A stretch of 64,000 nucleotides of DNA from Eledone cirrhosa (lineage: Eukaryota). Below are positions 41,460 to 55,035 of the stretch, one piece after another (positions within the stretch are counted from its first letter, which is position 1; the number at the start of each line of letters is the position of its first letter). The stretch covers positions 365,490,001-365,554,000 of the forward strand of contig OZ024743.1 of NCBI GenBank assembly GCA_964016885.1, in the 5' to 3' direction. The translations under genes and the position numbers were made by a program. Under the pieces are notes generated by a model. The model made no database searches, was not told where the DNA came from, and worked only from the letters and a program-made list of their open reading frames with translations.

Positions 41460-42860
41460 ATCACTGACACCACAATCCCCATCACCACCATCACCATCAT
41501 CATCACCATCATCACCACCATCACCATCATCACCACCATCACCACCATCACCATCACCATCACCCCCATCACCACCATCACCACCATCACCATCACCATC
41601 ACCATCACCACCATCACCATCACCAAAATCACCACCATCACCATCACCACCATCACCATCACCATCACCATCATCACCACCATCACCATCACCATCATCA
41701 CCACCATCACCATCACATCACCATCATCACCACCATCACCATCACCATCATCACCACCATCACCATCACCACCATCACCACCAACACCATCATCACCACC
41801 AACACTATCACCACCATCATCACCACCATCACCACCAACACCATCACCATCACCACCACCACCACCATCACCACCATCACCATCACCACCACCACCATCA
41901 CCACCATCACCATCACCATCATCACCACCACCATCATCACCATCACCACCATCACCACCAACACTAACACCAACATTAACACAACAAACATCACAACTAC
42001 CCCCAAATACTACTACTCCAACCATCAACCAGCTTTTCAATCTCCCTCACCACCACCAACAGCAACATCGCCACCATCACCATCAACATCACCACCATCA
42101 CCACCAACAGCAACATCCCTCCACCTTGTAAATGTACCACCCACCAACCATGACATCTACGACCGAAAATGATAACGACCACCTCCGCCACCACCACTAC
42201 CACCGACAACAACAACAATAGCAACCACCTCAACTATCAACACAACCGCAGCCACCACCACAACCACCATCACAACCACCACCACAACCACCACCACAAC
42301 CACAACCACCTCACCCTCACCACCAACACCACCATCACAACCACAACCACCACCACAACCACCTCACCCTCACCACCACAACTACCCCACCCCACCACCA
42401 CCACCACCACCACCATCACAACCACAACCGCAACCACCAACACAACCACCTCACCCTCACCACCACAACTACCCCACCCTCACCACCAACACCACCACCA
42501 CAACCACCTCACCCTCACCACCACAACCACCTCACCCTCACCACCACAACTACCCCACCCTCACCACCACCACAACCGCAACCGCAACCACCACCACAAC
42601 CACCTCACCTTCACCACCACAACTACCCCACCCCCCCACCACCACCACCACCATCACAACTACAACCGCAACCACCACCACAACCACCTCACCCTCACCA
42701 CCACAACTACCCCACCCTCACCACCAACACCACCACCACAACCACCTCACCCTCACCACCACAACCACCTCACCCTCACCACCACAACCACCTCACCCTC
42801 ACCACCACAACTACCCCACCCTCACCACCACCACAACCACCACCACCGCCGCCACAAATA
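41460..42860. repeat. (CAC/CAT)n triplet array grading into a C-rich minisatellite (ACCACCTCACCCTCACCACCACAACTACCCCACCC-like units)
   Basis: Direct reading; G is nearly absent from the + strand. Confidence 0.9.
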
Positions 42861-43039
42861 ACCTACGGACAATTTAATTTGCTTTTATAATGAGAACCCT
42901 AAATGGTCGATGTTTTGTGATGTTATTTAAAGACGCTTTTCATTGGCTGCCTGACCTTTGACATACAGATGACCTCTTTATTTCGATGACTAACCGACCA
43001 ATTTGGCGCGGCCGCTTAAATAAACTGAAATAATGGATT

Positions 43040-43400
43040 CCAATTTAGGTACAAGGCTACCAATTGGAGGGGGGGGGGGGCGGGTAAAGTCTGTTGTATC
43101 GACCCTGTACTTGACTGGTACTTTATTTTGTCGACCCCGAAAGGATGGAAGGCAATGTTGACCTCGGCAAGATTTAAACTCAGAACGTAAAGAACTGGAA
43201 CAAATACACGTACCATTTTGTCCAATGTTCTATAAGAGTTTGTAATTTAAGCACAAGGCCAGCAATTTGTAGTGAAGGAAATGTCGATTATATCTACCTC
43301 AGTTCTTTATTGGTACTTTATTTTAGTGATCCCGGAAGGATGAAAAGGGTTTGAAAACAGATCCTAGATCCTAGAAGTCCGTAACAAAATACTCCAATGT
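43040..43400 (-). mobile_element. Two degenerate tandem tRNA-derived SINEs
   Basis: GGTACTTTATTTTGTCGACCCCGAAAGGATGGAAGGCAATGTTGACCTCGG; second copy from 43240. Confidence 0.7.
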
Positions 43401-43646
43401 ATTTCATCCAACGCAGTAATGATTCTTCCAATGAGTCTGCTGTTTCTGGTGGTGAAGTTGTTTTGTTGGGAAGTTGTCTCTGTCTGCAGATATCCGTCCT
43501 GGTGTTGATCTTCAAACTGAGCCTGGCTCAGTTATAGGATAATAAAATGTTGTTTGCTTGAAGCATTGTATGTAATGTATAATGTGGAAAGTGATATATG
43601 TAAGAAGGCTAAATAATGGACGGTAAGATGAAGGCAACGAAAAGGT

Positions 43647-43729
<83 letters not shown>

Positions 43730-44010
43730 TGAGGGGATCTAAATGCGGTATTTTTTCACTTTTTCATTTTTCGAAACTTATTTGGATTTTAGGGTTTAAG
43801 CCTGTCTACGGAGCAGGTTTGATTTTGAAATTTAAAATTGTCCAAGCATTTGCCAATATGCTTTGTTTTTATTGATTTATTATTTTAAATCGAGACAGGC
43901 AAACTGCATTATTATAATTAGTATTTTTCAATCTAGCTAACTTAGTCATTTACAATACAAACACGGATATGTTAGTATTTGTGTTTATCAAATATATTAA
44001 TTTATATTAA

Positions 44011-44050
<40 letters not shown>

Positions 44051-44081
44051 TCTGTGTGCATGTGTGTGTGAGAGAGGGAGA

Positions 44082-44160
<79 letters not shown>

Positions 44161-44513
44161 TGTGTGTGTATGTGTGTGTGTATTTCGACCCTCTCCTAAC
44201 TGATGCCCTCAGGACAGTCTAAGGAAGATTTTCGAGGTCTTACAAAGTCAACAATGGTGCTTCGATTTGAACTTGGTAAAAAATCACACAGACAATGTCA
44301 AAACCAACACGCCTATATACATCAATGAGGAGCTGTTTTACTAATGTCGCACATAGGAGAATCAGTACTTTTACCTTTGGGGCAAACCTCACATATATAT
44401 ATGTATATATGTGAGTAGATTTTGAGTTTATGTTGGTTGTATGCAGGCTGGAGCACTCGACAAAGTGCGCAGGTTGGTTTGGTTACTCCGGAGTAGTGTA
44501 AAATAAAGTTAAA

Positions 44514-44768
44514 TGATCAACATTTAGCTTCGTTTATTACTGCTATATATATTTCAGTGACAGCCATCTTTGATTCCAGTTCCTCAGTGAAATAACAGCC
44601 CGGCCGGGAACTGGGCATATCGGAGTATTGACAATATTGTACACCTCGGCGGCATGTGTACTTGTCTGTACCATACTGGTTCAGACTGCCTGAAGAGGTC
44701 ACAGCCAAAGATGGCTGTCACTGAAATATATATAGCAGTAATAAACGAAGCTAAATTTTAATCATTTG
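44514..44768 (+). mobile_element. Fold-back element with an intact type I hammerhead (44685-44739)
   Basis: ACTGC-CTGAAGA-GG..ACAGCCA/AAGA/TGGCTGT..-GAAA-TATATA-TA-GCAGT; 44514-44571 is the reverse complement of 44706-44768. Confidence 0.8.
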
Positions 44769-45994
44769 ACTTTTTATTTAACTTTATTATATATGTGAGT
44801 ATGTATATACACACTCATCTCACTACACTGCTCTTTTACTCTTCTTTCACTAGTATTCCCGTTTATAGTCTCGCTGACAATTATAAGAGCTGATTTTATT
44901 TTATTGTCAGTTACCGTTCTATAGTTCTATGATGGTTGGAAAGGGTGTTTGTTTATGTCATTTGCCGATTAACCATAGAAAAAAACTATAAGAAATTCTA
45001 CACTTAATTTCTCCATTAAATTTATAAAAGGGGACATTTATAATCCTTCATCTTTTGTATCGCTATTCATGTAATGAATACCTAATTTTCATTTCTTTTT
45101 TATATGTTAACCAAGGTTGTCTTATTGTTGTTATCTCAGAAAGCCGAACAATTTTCTTATTTTTTATTGTTGTTGTTGTTATTGTTGTTTAACCCCGAGT
45201 CAGTTTTGATCAAATGCAACCTTGATACAGTGTATCTAGAATCATATTATGCAAAACGCGGTTGGATGTTAAATGAGGGAGATTTATCTGCCATTTCTAG
45301 AAATTGCGGTTTCTGTTATGTCCGTATATTCAACCCATATTTACCGTAATATTTCACAGGAACCTCTTTCAACAATAATTAATGAAGCATTCTGATATCC
45401 TGGAATCTTACCGTAGCAGTTCATATTTTCACTGAATTACAGGAAAACATATGTCTAACTCGCAACATAAACTAAACAAAGCTCTTGCATTAAAAAAGCA
45501 AAGACCTGATCCATCTATTTGTACATAGTAGGGAATATACATAGTACTTCCAATATTTGGGTAGTCTCCTATCACAAATCAGACATTGCTGAGGAAATAG
45601 AACACCGGATAAACACAATCTTTGATCGTTTAAGAAGTTGGATATATGAAGATCATTATCCAAGATAAAACAAAGAAATGTATGGTGAATATGACAATTG
45701 ATGTACATTTACTAAGACGATCGTTTCAACAGACTCGATATTTGTTCCGGATATCAGCGTTCTGAGATCAAATCTCACATACGTCCACTATGATCTACAT
45801 TGTTTCGGAATGGATAAAGAAAGTACCAGTCCAGTGTTGTAATCTTCTTTCCTTCCAGCTGTTATATTCTAGCTGTTCCGCTGTGATGGGAGAGTTTAGA
45901 GGGTGTATGTGTTTGCTCACAACTGCATAGAGACAGCTAAAACTCCTATTGAAATCATGGTACATACTACCAACTTATATTTGATTGTGAGTGA

Positions 45995-46605
45995 CGGCTG
46001 TAGTAGTTGTAACTGCTCTGCCATACGCCTGCGAAACCTGGACTAGGTATTGGCAACAACTTCATAAGTTAGAAATACACCATCAAATAGGTCTGAGAAA
46101 AATCCTGCTGATCCAGTGGTAGAGAAGACAGATATTAACGTGTTGGTTAAGCTAATAACACTTGCATTGAAACGAAAATTATCCAACATCAGATTTGATG
46201 AGTTGGCCATACCGTGTGATTGGTGGGTCATCGGTTCTCCAAACAACTGAATGAAAGAAATCTCTCATGAGGATCTCACATGAGGAGGACAAATATAGTG
46301 TTTCGAAAAAGGAAATTTGAAAGAGTGTCGTATCCATGCGTCTATGTGTACTAGTGAAAATTGTTGACAAATAGCGTGGAGGAACATCATCAAGGATGAA
46401 GCCATTTACTTCGACAGCACAAACCAAACATCTCAAAGGTAAACGTGAGCTAAAAAGAAAAAAAGAAAAAAAACGCGAAACGACGAATCCCGTTCAATGA
46501 TCGGTTTTGTGAATCCTACATTGGCTTACATAGATACATGTGAGTCCATCGAAGTTAAATCTGGGAGAGAGTCAACATCAAGTCCGAGGGATTAACAATG
46601 ATGAT
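45995..46605 (+). pseudogene. Highly decayed RTE 3' fragment
   Basis: AVVVTALPYACETWT; 3' end resembling GTCAACATCAAGTCCGAGGGATTAACAATGATGAT. Confidence 0.55.
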
Positions 46606-47570
46606 ATTGTAATAACACAATGTTATTGTCTTGGATTCTCTGTCAGTTTCGACGATGAGCATTCACGCATTCGATCAACTGAACACCCGACCCATCCATT
46701 CATTCATTCTTCCTTTTTATCCTTCTTTCTTTTTTCTTTCATTTTATTATATTTCATGTCTATTACCACTCATTTTTTAATTTTGTTTTTCTTTCAGTAA
46801 TTCTTTCCGTCTTCATCTTTACCTCGATCTTTCAGTCTTCATCTTTTTCATTCTCTTTTTCTCCCCACTTCACAATCTTTCACATTCTCTCTATCTCTCC
46901 CTTTCACTTTCTTTTCCCATCTGTCTCCCTCTATCTCTCCAGCCTCCCGTATATATATACATCTCACCCACACACACAGAAGGAAACACCACCAAGAATA
47001 ATTATACCCTATCTAAATATTTTTCTTTTTTTCTTTTATAACCCACTAGCCTTATTTCAGCTGTATTATCAAATCTTCAACATCTGGATTACAAAAACTA
47101 AAAGCCCCTATCAAAGATCTTTACAAAGAATAACATATAATAAAAAATAAACACATGTGATCAATGGTTAGAATTGAAATTGAATAATATGAACTACAAA
47201 CAATTACAAAGAGAAATTGTTCTAAATACTTCCCCCTAACACTTAACTACACATCCTATATGAGGAATTTAACAAGCATAAATCAATCTTCCCTCCCCAC
47301 TTCTTTTCTTTCTTCATTGTATATAATTTTGTTAAAAACACTGTATAACAAACCACTAAGACACATGAGTGGAACAGCCACGTTTGAAACTGTTTTATTG
47401 TAAATGTCCATGTATAGTTGTTACGTCAATGTTGTATTATCATAAAATTTCTATACGCCATTATGAATGTCTGACAAAATAAATAACTAAAGAGTTAAAT
47501 AAATTGTTTATTCATTTATTTAACTCTTCACTTATTTATTTTGTCAGACATTCATAATAGCGTGTAGAAA

Positions 47571-47601
<31 letters not shown>

Positions 47602-47929
47602 ACAATTGGGCCTTTATGATGCAGTTGAACCAGCTGCATAAAAAATCCCCTATAATGTACGTTTTTTCTCTAAAATTTACTCAAGATCTTTGCAGAATTC
47701 AAGTTCTTGTTTGTTCGTTACGACATTTCAAAGTATTTATAAATACGCAAGTGAGCTAGTGTGTATATATGTAGGTGCATGTATTGTAGTTGTACTCATG
47801 TTATGAGTGGACATATTTCTCTAGTACACAAGTATTTGTGTACCTGTAAGTGTATGTGTACGTACGTAATTACATTTTATGTATGTGTGAGTGTGTCATA
47901 TGTAGATGTGTGCATACATTTATTCTAGA

Positions 47930-48141
47930 TAACTCAAACGGAGAACCTTTGCTATGTCTTCCAAATTTTCACTGTATCACTAATTGATAGGATTTGGTTG
48001 ATGCGGGTTCGTTTGATTTGTTTTTTCTTGGAAAACCGTTTAATTCCCAGGCTTTTATCTATTGTTTATCTATTGTTACAAAGGCCAGTGTATCTATGTT
48101 AATAGCTACAAATGGGAATCTATAGTCTGAATACCAGAACT
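47930..48141 (-). pseudogene. Old R4/Dong-like 3' remnant directly downstream of the younger copy
   Basis: Decayed match to YSDYRFPFV..SISDTVKIWKT, comparable to the 32170-32350 C-terminus. Confidence 0.45.
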
Positions 48142-48174
48142 GTATGTGTGCATGTATGTATGTATGTATGTATG

Positions 48175-49753
48175 TTTTCTCTTTCTCTTAATTTCGAGTA
48201 TATTTTTTTGACCGGCCACCTTCCTGGTGGCAAGGTTGTAAAAGAAAAGAAATTGTCATCCCTTGAATCGCAAGAATGTTTTGCATATTTTGAAGGTGCC
48301 AGCTATCGCAGCCATTTGTAGACTATGAATTAGGGAGCTGCGCTTTTTGTCCGCAAATCCAAGTTCGGTCATACTTTGGTCCAAGCGGGTTGGTATATAA
48401 CCCGTAGCACCAACAATGATGGGTATGAAGCTAAAGGTGTATCTTGGATACTGGATTTGTAAGCTCCTCATCAATGGTCCGTAGATGTCCTCCTTTTCCT
48501 GTATTTTTCTGACAACGTTTACATCAAGTGGGCAGCTGATCTCCACAACAGAACACGTTTTCAATGTGTGGTCCCAAACTACAATATCAGGCCGGTTGTG
48601 CTTTAATTTGGTGGCAGTTTTTATTTTCAGGTTCCACCAGTATTCCTTAGTGCCATCTGTCTCAATATATTCTTCCTCGTTTGTTGTTAATTTTGTTTTC
48701 CGAAGTGCGTTCCAGATAGTTCTAGCTATCCCATCGTGTCTCATGGGGAGGTAGTAGCGAGATGACATTCTTTCGCAGCTGGCAACAATGTGGCTTACAT
48801 CCTCGATCTTTGTTTTACATAGCCTACATTTATTGTCAGCTGCTGGCCCTCCTCTTTTGTGCAGCAGATATTTGGTAGGGAGTTCGTGTTCCTGTATTGC
48901 ATAGAGATATCCCTCAAGGTGTGATGTCATAAACTTGTCGGAACTCCATGCCAGGCTTTTTGAGTGGTTTATCCCCTCTATGGTCTGTGTTTTACGCCTC
49001 AAGTATCCATGCACAACTTTCTCTGTAAATTGGTCAATTTTCTTTTCTTGTTTGAACATTGAATAGGATCTTCCGATTTCTCTGGGTGAGAGATTTATAT
49101 CAGGCTTTATTCCATATCTCTCCTCCAGATCAGTCGCTATTCTAATGATATTTCTTTTTTCATGCTCATAAACCTGAGCAAGATGGTCGCCAACCTTTTT
49201 CCTCTGTTGAAGGTGTTGCTTCAGTGTTACTATCCGGGTCTCATATGTTGTTAATATTGATTTTAGACCCCGGCCACCTTCCTTGCGTGAGAAGTATAGC
49301 CTATCCACATCACCATTGATGTTAAAGTTCCCAGTAACACTGAGAAGTTTTCGAGTTCTAACATCCATCTCACTTAGTTCTTGCAATGACCAGTTCAGTA
49401 GGCCAAATGTTGGCGTTAGAATTGGCACAGCATAGGTATTGTGGGCAATGTATTTGTTGTATGCTGACAGTTCTGATGACCATATTTTTTTTACTCTTCT
49501 GAGGTATTCAGTTCTGGTTCTCTCCTTATTTATGGGTCCATCATATCTGACATTCTCATCCTGTCCAAGATATCTGTAGTTGTCACCTGACTGCAGAGGT
49601 TCTATTGTCAGGCCGTTCATATCTAGATTTCTAGAGGAGGGCACAGCTCTTCCACGTTTTACTGCCAAATATGCACACTTGGACTCACCAAATTTCATTT
49701 TGATGTCGGTTGAAAATTGTGTAATGAGGTCCAATTGTTTCTTGATGTCATTG

Positions 49754-49755
<2 letters not shown>
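48175..49755 (-). mobile_element. 5'-truncated R4/Dong-like retrotransposon flanked on both sides by (TACA)n
   Basis: Uninterrupted frame, 81-bp 3'UTR ending GAGAAAA|CATAC, no poly(A). Confidence 0.92.
48256..49755 (-). CDS. Partial ORF: RT C-terminus/thumb, CCHC zinc knuckle and restriction-like endonuclease (no native start)
   Basis: FSTDIKMKFGESKC, YRYLG, RLYFSRKEGGRGL, CRLCKTKIEDVSHIVASC, RHD, HNRPDIVVWD..VEISCP. Confidence 0.85.
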
Positions 49756-49784
<29 letters not shown>

Positions 49785-50813
49785 TGTATGTATGTATGTA
49801 TGTATGTATGTATGTATGTATGTATGTATGTATGTGTATGTATGAATGTCTGGATGGATACATGTATGACCAAATGGTTTACAAGTAGGATCATAATTAG
49901 GCTCTGAGTTTGATCCCATTGCGTGCTATTCTGGGCAAGTATCATTTACCATAGTCTCGTGTTGATACATAGCTCTCGGGTGAAGTTGGATAGACGGAAA
50001 CTGTTTGAAATCCCGTTGCGTGGATGGTACCTCTAATTCAATGCAACAGCTTTGTCACACACTGTCATGCTGATTCCCCATGAACATTACACTAAGTGTA
50101 CATTTGACTGTGGAATACTCAGCGGCTTACACGTCAATTTCATGAGCAGTCTGTTTCATCAACCAGAAAATACTTCTGCTCTTATAAATGACTGAACCTC
50201 TAGAAGGTTTAATTAAGTCCTACAATATGCCCTGACTCACGCGTCTCTCTTTCTGGTCATTATTCAGCAGCTTCAGCACCATCTTCGTGCAGATCTTCTG
50301 CATACCCAATACTCATATCTGAGTAAATATCCCAGCTCATGTTGTTACCTGTAGCCTCAACGTTCACCACATCTCCGCACTTTTGCAATGCCAAATGCCG
50401 AAGTCTTTGCCAATATCTCTGGCTTTAAAGCATATATTCCTGAAATCCATGACCTGTTGCAGCAGTGGGCAGGTGTATTTTGTACTGTCTCGTTTCCTGA
50501 TGCTCTGCTATACTAAACCGACACACATTTTCATATGCTCGCTGCGGTCGATGGAGTACATATTCTATCGCACATTGACTAGAGCTTCCTCCAGATTCTT
50601 TTTCGAAGGTATATTGAATTCCTTTGTGTCGATTCGTCAAGCAATAAGGCACAGTCTTTTGTGATACACCATGTTTACTTACTTTTTTCAAACTGGCTCA
50701 AAAAAAATTGCTTCTTTTAATCCTCCGACGTTTACGGTTAATCGTACCTTTCCGTACTGATATGTTTGTTATTCAAATTAATATTTCTAACACTATTATT
50801 TCTATAGTAGAAA

Positions 50814-50993
50814 GGGCAGTGGATTGGCAGTATCAGTAGAAGGTCGGACGCCAAGCATAGAGTTACGGCCCTTGCCATTCTGAGTTCAAATCCCGCCGGG
50901 GTTAACTTTGCCTTTCATCCTTACGGTGTCGATTAAATAAAGTACCAGTAATACACTGGGATAATTGCTGGCCTTGTGCCAAACGTAGAAACA
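50814..50993 (+). mobile_element. Full-length tRNA-derived SINE with a perfect 19-bp TSD
   Basis: ATTATTTCTATAGTAGAAA at 50795-50813 and 50994-51012; A and B boxes present. Confidence 0.92.
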
Positions 50994-51397
50994 ATTATTT
51001 CTATAGTAGAAACAATAAAAGTTTGAACTAGAAGCTCCCTCTGAAAGTTTCATTTTTGTCTTTAATTGTTCTTCGTTATTCCGATTATTTTTTCTTGTTT
51101 GGAAGTATGTTATTGAGACTCGAATCCCTACTATTAGTGACGGCCATTTTAAAATATTTATAATTTATCTAGAATATATGAACATTTCAAAATATTTTTC
51201 TACTCCAGTTAATGAGGTGGACACTGATACTATTCAAAGTTAGTAAAATTGAAATAAAATATTAAATAAATAAATCTTTTCCCATAAAGAAATCCGGTTA
51301 TAAATTTCTTTTTCGCAAAGCTCTAACGTCCGTTTGCTTCAACAATCATTAATAATAATAAAAATAACAATAATAATAGTATTAATAATAATAATAA

Positions 51398-53958
51398 GGA
51401 ATTTTTATTGGCCACAAGGGCCTACATATAGGGGACAATACAGTAGAGAGAGGCAGTGGGAGTTTACATATAAAACGTGCAAAAAATATAAATAACAAAA
51501 TAACAATAAACGCAAGGCGTTAGAAGGTGACTGACACGATGTACACGTTTGCCACCTTCACCCATCCTTTAAGGGAGAGATTGCCCATTACTGGGAACGA
51601 GTGGCTACCCTGATCGTCATATCGTCCCAATTCTTATCCACCTGGAGGTGTGGTCCAAACCAAATCCCGAGCAAATTTATCGATCTGTCTGTCCAGTACC
51701 CGAAGACGCTGTTGGACGGTATGGACTTGGCTCTCCAGGTACCGAGCTGCAAGCCCACCGACTTTTCCTGAATCAGTTTTGCTCCCGTCAACCTTTCATA
51801 TTCCTCCAATAAGTTGCTGACCACCTCTATTTCCGAGGTGTCCTACACCACTACGGAGGTGTCATCCCCATAAGCCGATACAGCCTTTTCGCGTTCGGTT
51901 AGAGCCGGATGCCCTGCAACAACTCCAGCTGCCGCAGTAAAGGCTCAAGAGTCCATATGTACAGTAGGGAGGAGAGAGGGCATCCTTGACAGACCGATCG
52001 GGATCGGGACATCTGAAACGGTTCCGAAAGATGACCATTGACTTTGACCACCGAGCAGATGCAGGCTGTGCATTTCAGCGATCCAGCCTCTGAATACTGG
52101 ACCCAAACCAGCTGCCTTGCGGACAGGCTACAGGACAGCCTCGAAGTTGTCTAACGTATTCCTCTTGTTCTCGTCTTTCTTCATTCATCAGCGTCACTTC
52201 ACCCCGGCTCACAGAACTGGGAATACACCCGTTCTGCTTCACCGTTTAAGCAGAATATCTGGAGATGCCGCAGTCCCAATGCATCTTTGCGCATCATTAT
52301 CCACGGCATGCCCAGCCTTCCGCGGGTGCTGGCAGCAGATGGACCGTCTCACCAATGGAAACTGTCTCCTCCACAAGAGGTTGAAGAGGAGATCGGAGAA
52401 CAAGTCTAGCATATCTACTTAAAGCTCGTAGGACAGACCATTCAAACCGGGTGATTTGCGTCTCGTGCAGCCGGCTAGGTCATCCCGAATCTCGGCTGAA
52501 GTTATCGACCTTTCGCAGCGCTCAACATCGATAGGCCGTTGAGGTAGGTACTGAAGTATGCTACCGTCTCCGACCCCCAACTACCATCGAACAGCCTAGC
52601 AAAGTGCTGGCGAAAGACCTCACACATCTGCCTGGAGTAGTTCAGCTCGCATTCGTCTCGGTCCGTCAAAGACCGAATTGTGGGTTTGCGCCTCGCGGGC
52701 CCATCGAACAGCTATGGTTCCCTCGTTTCTTAGAGCACGTGCCTTAGCTCTAACAATGCAATCTTCTACGATTTCAGTTTCGTGTGTTCTTTCGTTTCCG
52801 TGTTTGTTGTGGTTGTTTGCGCTTGGGGGATTGTAGTGGCGGTGGTGTTGTTGGGGGAAGTGTTTGAGTTTGTTGTGTGGGTGGTGTCTGCATTTTCTGT
52901 TGTGGGTGTTTTGTGATATGTGGAGGTTTTTTTCTGTGTATTCTTTTTTTTGTATTTTGGTTTTGTCTTTGTATTGTCTTCGCTTTTAGAAGACGAGGGA
53001 TCTGTGTCTCTACGTGTGTCTTTGTCTATGTGTGAGTTTGCGTTTGTATCAATGTGTGTATTTTTTGCGGGGGGGGGAGGTTGTGGTGGAGGTTCTACTG
53101 GTGTTGCTGCTGTTGGTGGGGATGCCGGTGTTATTGTTGGTGGAGCTTTCCGGCCCGGCACTGCCGCTTGCAGCAATGGAGGCTTGCGGCCCGCTGCATT
53201 TTTGAACTGAGGGCAGAAGGCTCGCAGATAAGATGCTTCATCGCAGACGAAGCAGTCTGGCTTCTGCTTTCAGTGATCAATTGAAATGTGGACTCGTTCT
53301 GAAGGCGTACATGATACGGGATTTTGTTGAGTTGTTCTGGTTGCAGAAGAATTATCAAATCCATCCTGGGCCAGTCCTCTCTCACTGTATTTTTAAGGTA
53401 TATGAGGTTACTGTCAGTACCTTCTTCGAACACCCCAGGAGGCACCATGAGTACAGTCCTGGCGGGATCATAGGAATGCGGACCTTTCCAGTCCTGCTGC
53501 CCATGTGGGACGGGTATATTACAATGCAGTCCGTTCTATATGGAGCCATCGAGTGTTTAATAGCAAGGGCCTCGGTTTTGAATAGCACCGAGATGGTGCC
53601 AAACTGCCTGGCCCTTGCTTTGTTTTCTCTGTCATTTTTTAATGCATTTCAGTGCAAAGTCCTCTTTCGTATTGTTGCTATTGCTTCGTCTGGGATGGTT
53701 AGGTTGGCCCAGTATTTTTGCAGGCTTAATCAGCCTCCACGGCTGGGCCAACTGCTGCTCCTTGTCCAAAATGTCCACCTGATAAAAGGATTTGGTCCAA
53801 TGCCCAAATATTATGGGGTCGTCCTTTCACATGGTAAAGACGGGTGTCTTGTGACCCCTTTGCAACAAAAATTACAATGAAATACAAATTTTAACAACTT
53901 AATCCAACAAACCTATCGGAGTTCAGAATCGCACGTCTTCACACTTCAATCGCCAACT
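51398..53958 (-). mobile_element. Internally deleted Tx1/L1-clade element (ORF1 remnant + RT pieces) in (AAT)n
   Basis: ORF1 knuckle remnant CFVCDEASYLRAFCP; RT pieces QGCPLS.LLY, AYGDD, YERLTGAKL..KS.GLQLG, LLGIWFGP; AATAAA near the 3' end; (AAT)n on both sides. Confidence 0.8.
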
Positions 53959-54519
53959 ATAATAATAACAACAATAATAACAATAATAATAAACTTAGAA
54001 GGAAATAAATGCATAATAAACTGACAGTTTGGTATGTGAAATGATATAGCTGACATGAGCTCCCTCATTTGTTTCGCTTGGTGTCGTCACAGCTATGGTA
54101 AAATTTGTCGCGTTTTGTGAATCAAATATTTGATTAGCGACAAACTAGTTTTTGTCCTTGACTCACACCTGTAACTTTCTTTCTTTCTTTCTATTTTTGT
54201 GTTTATCTTTTAACACAATTCTGTGAACAAATAGTAATAAATAAGATTTCAGTCCGAATTCATCTGTAAGCACAAAAGCCAATTTGAGTCATTTTGTCAG
54301 GAAGAGCAGTAGGGCAACCACTTACTGTAGACAGTAAGTGACAAGCAAATATTAGATGGGTTTTACTATTAAAGTAATGCGATGTGACGGCTTTTATTAC
54401 AACAAAGAAACAAATAAATAAAATAATAATAATACTATAATGTCTGTTCTGTTAAAGCTATTAGAACGCAAAAATCATAGCTCTCATTTCAATGATATAT
54501 CATGGAAGTAATACTTTCT

Positions 54520-54790
54520 AATTTATGCACAAGTCCAGTAATTTGGTGAGTTGGGTGATAAAATTGACCGCAGTTCATGATTTTATCGACACTAGAAGAA
54601 TGAATGGTGAAGTTGACCATCGCAGGATTTGAACACAGAACCGAGGGATGGACGGGAAATATTTGTTGAAAACAAAGTAAAACGTGTTTGAGTACTCTAT
54701 TTTATCGACCCCGTAAGGATGAAAGGCTAAGCTAACCTCGGCAGGATTTGAACTTAGATCGTAAAGGGCGGTAACTCTATACCATAAAGC
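54520..54790 (-). mobile_element. Two partial tRNA-derived SINEs
   Basis: TTTTATCGACCCCGTAAGGATGAAAGGC..GGATTTGAAC. Confidence 0.7.
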
Positions 54791-54871
54791 ATAGAAGGTG
54801 TGGTAAGACACCAGGTAGACCATAACGCACCAAAGTACTCGATAGTTAGGGTAGTAGAGTGGTTAATAGGG

Positions 54872-54991
54872 AAAAGAGTTAGGACCCCGATGGCTGAGCT
54901 CCGGCAGCTAGATCTGACAGCTAGATCCGAATAGTTCGGATCTAGCTGTCGAAATGGCCGGAGCTTAGCCGTCGGGGTCCTAACTCTTTTT
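54872..54991. repeat. ~120-bp hairpin containing a half-hammerhead (GAAA-stem III-GTC)
   Basis: AAAAGAGTTAGGACCCCGATGGCTGAGCTCCGG..CCGGAGCTTAGCCGTCGGGGTCCTAACTCTTTT. Confidence 0.75.
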
Positions 54992-54995
54992 GCTA

Positions 54996-55030
<35 letters not shown>

Positions 55031-55035
<5 letters not shown>

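Noticed and set aside
41338-42861. Extensin-like Ser/Pro-rich or His-rich protein gene
   Set aside because: Triplet repeat open in several frames on both strands, with no unique coding flanks or splice evidence
50230-50740. Possible Tigger/pogo transposase remnant
   Set aside because: Only a vague resemblance (TCPLLQQVMDFRNICFKA); no TIRs or DDE motif found
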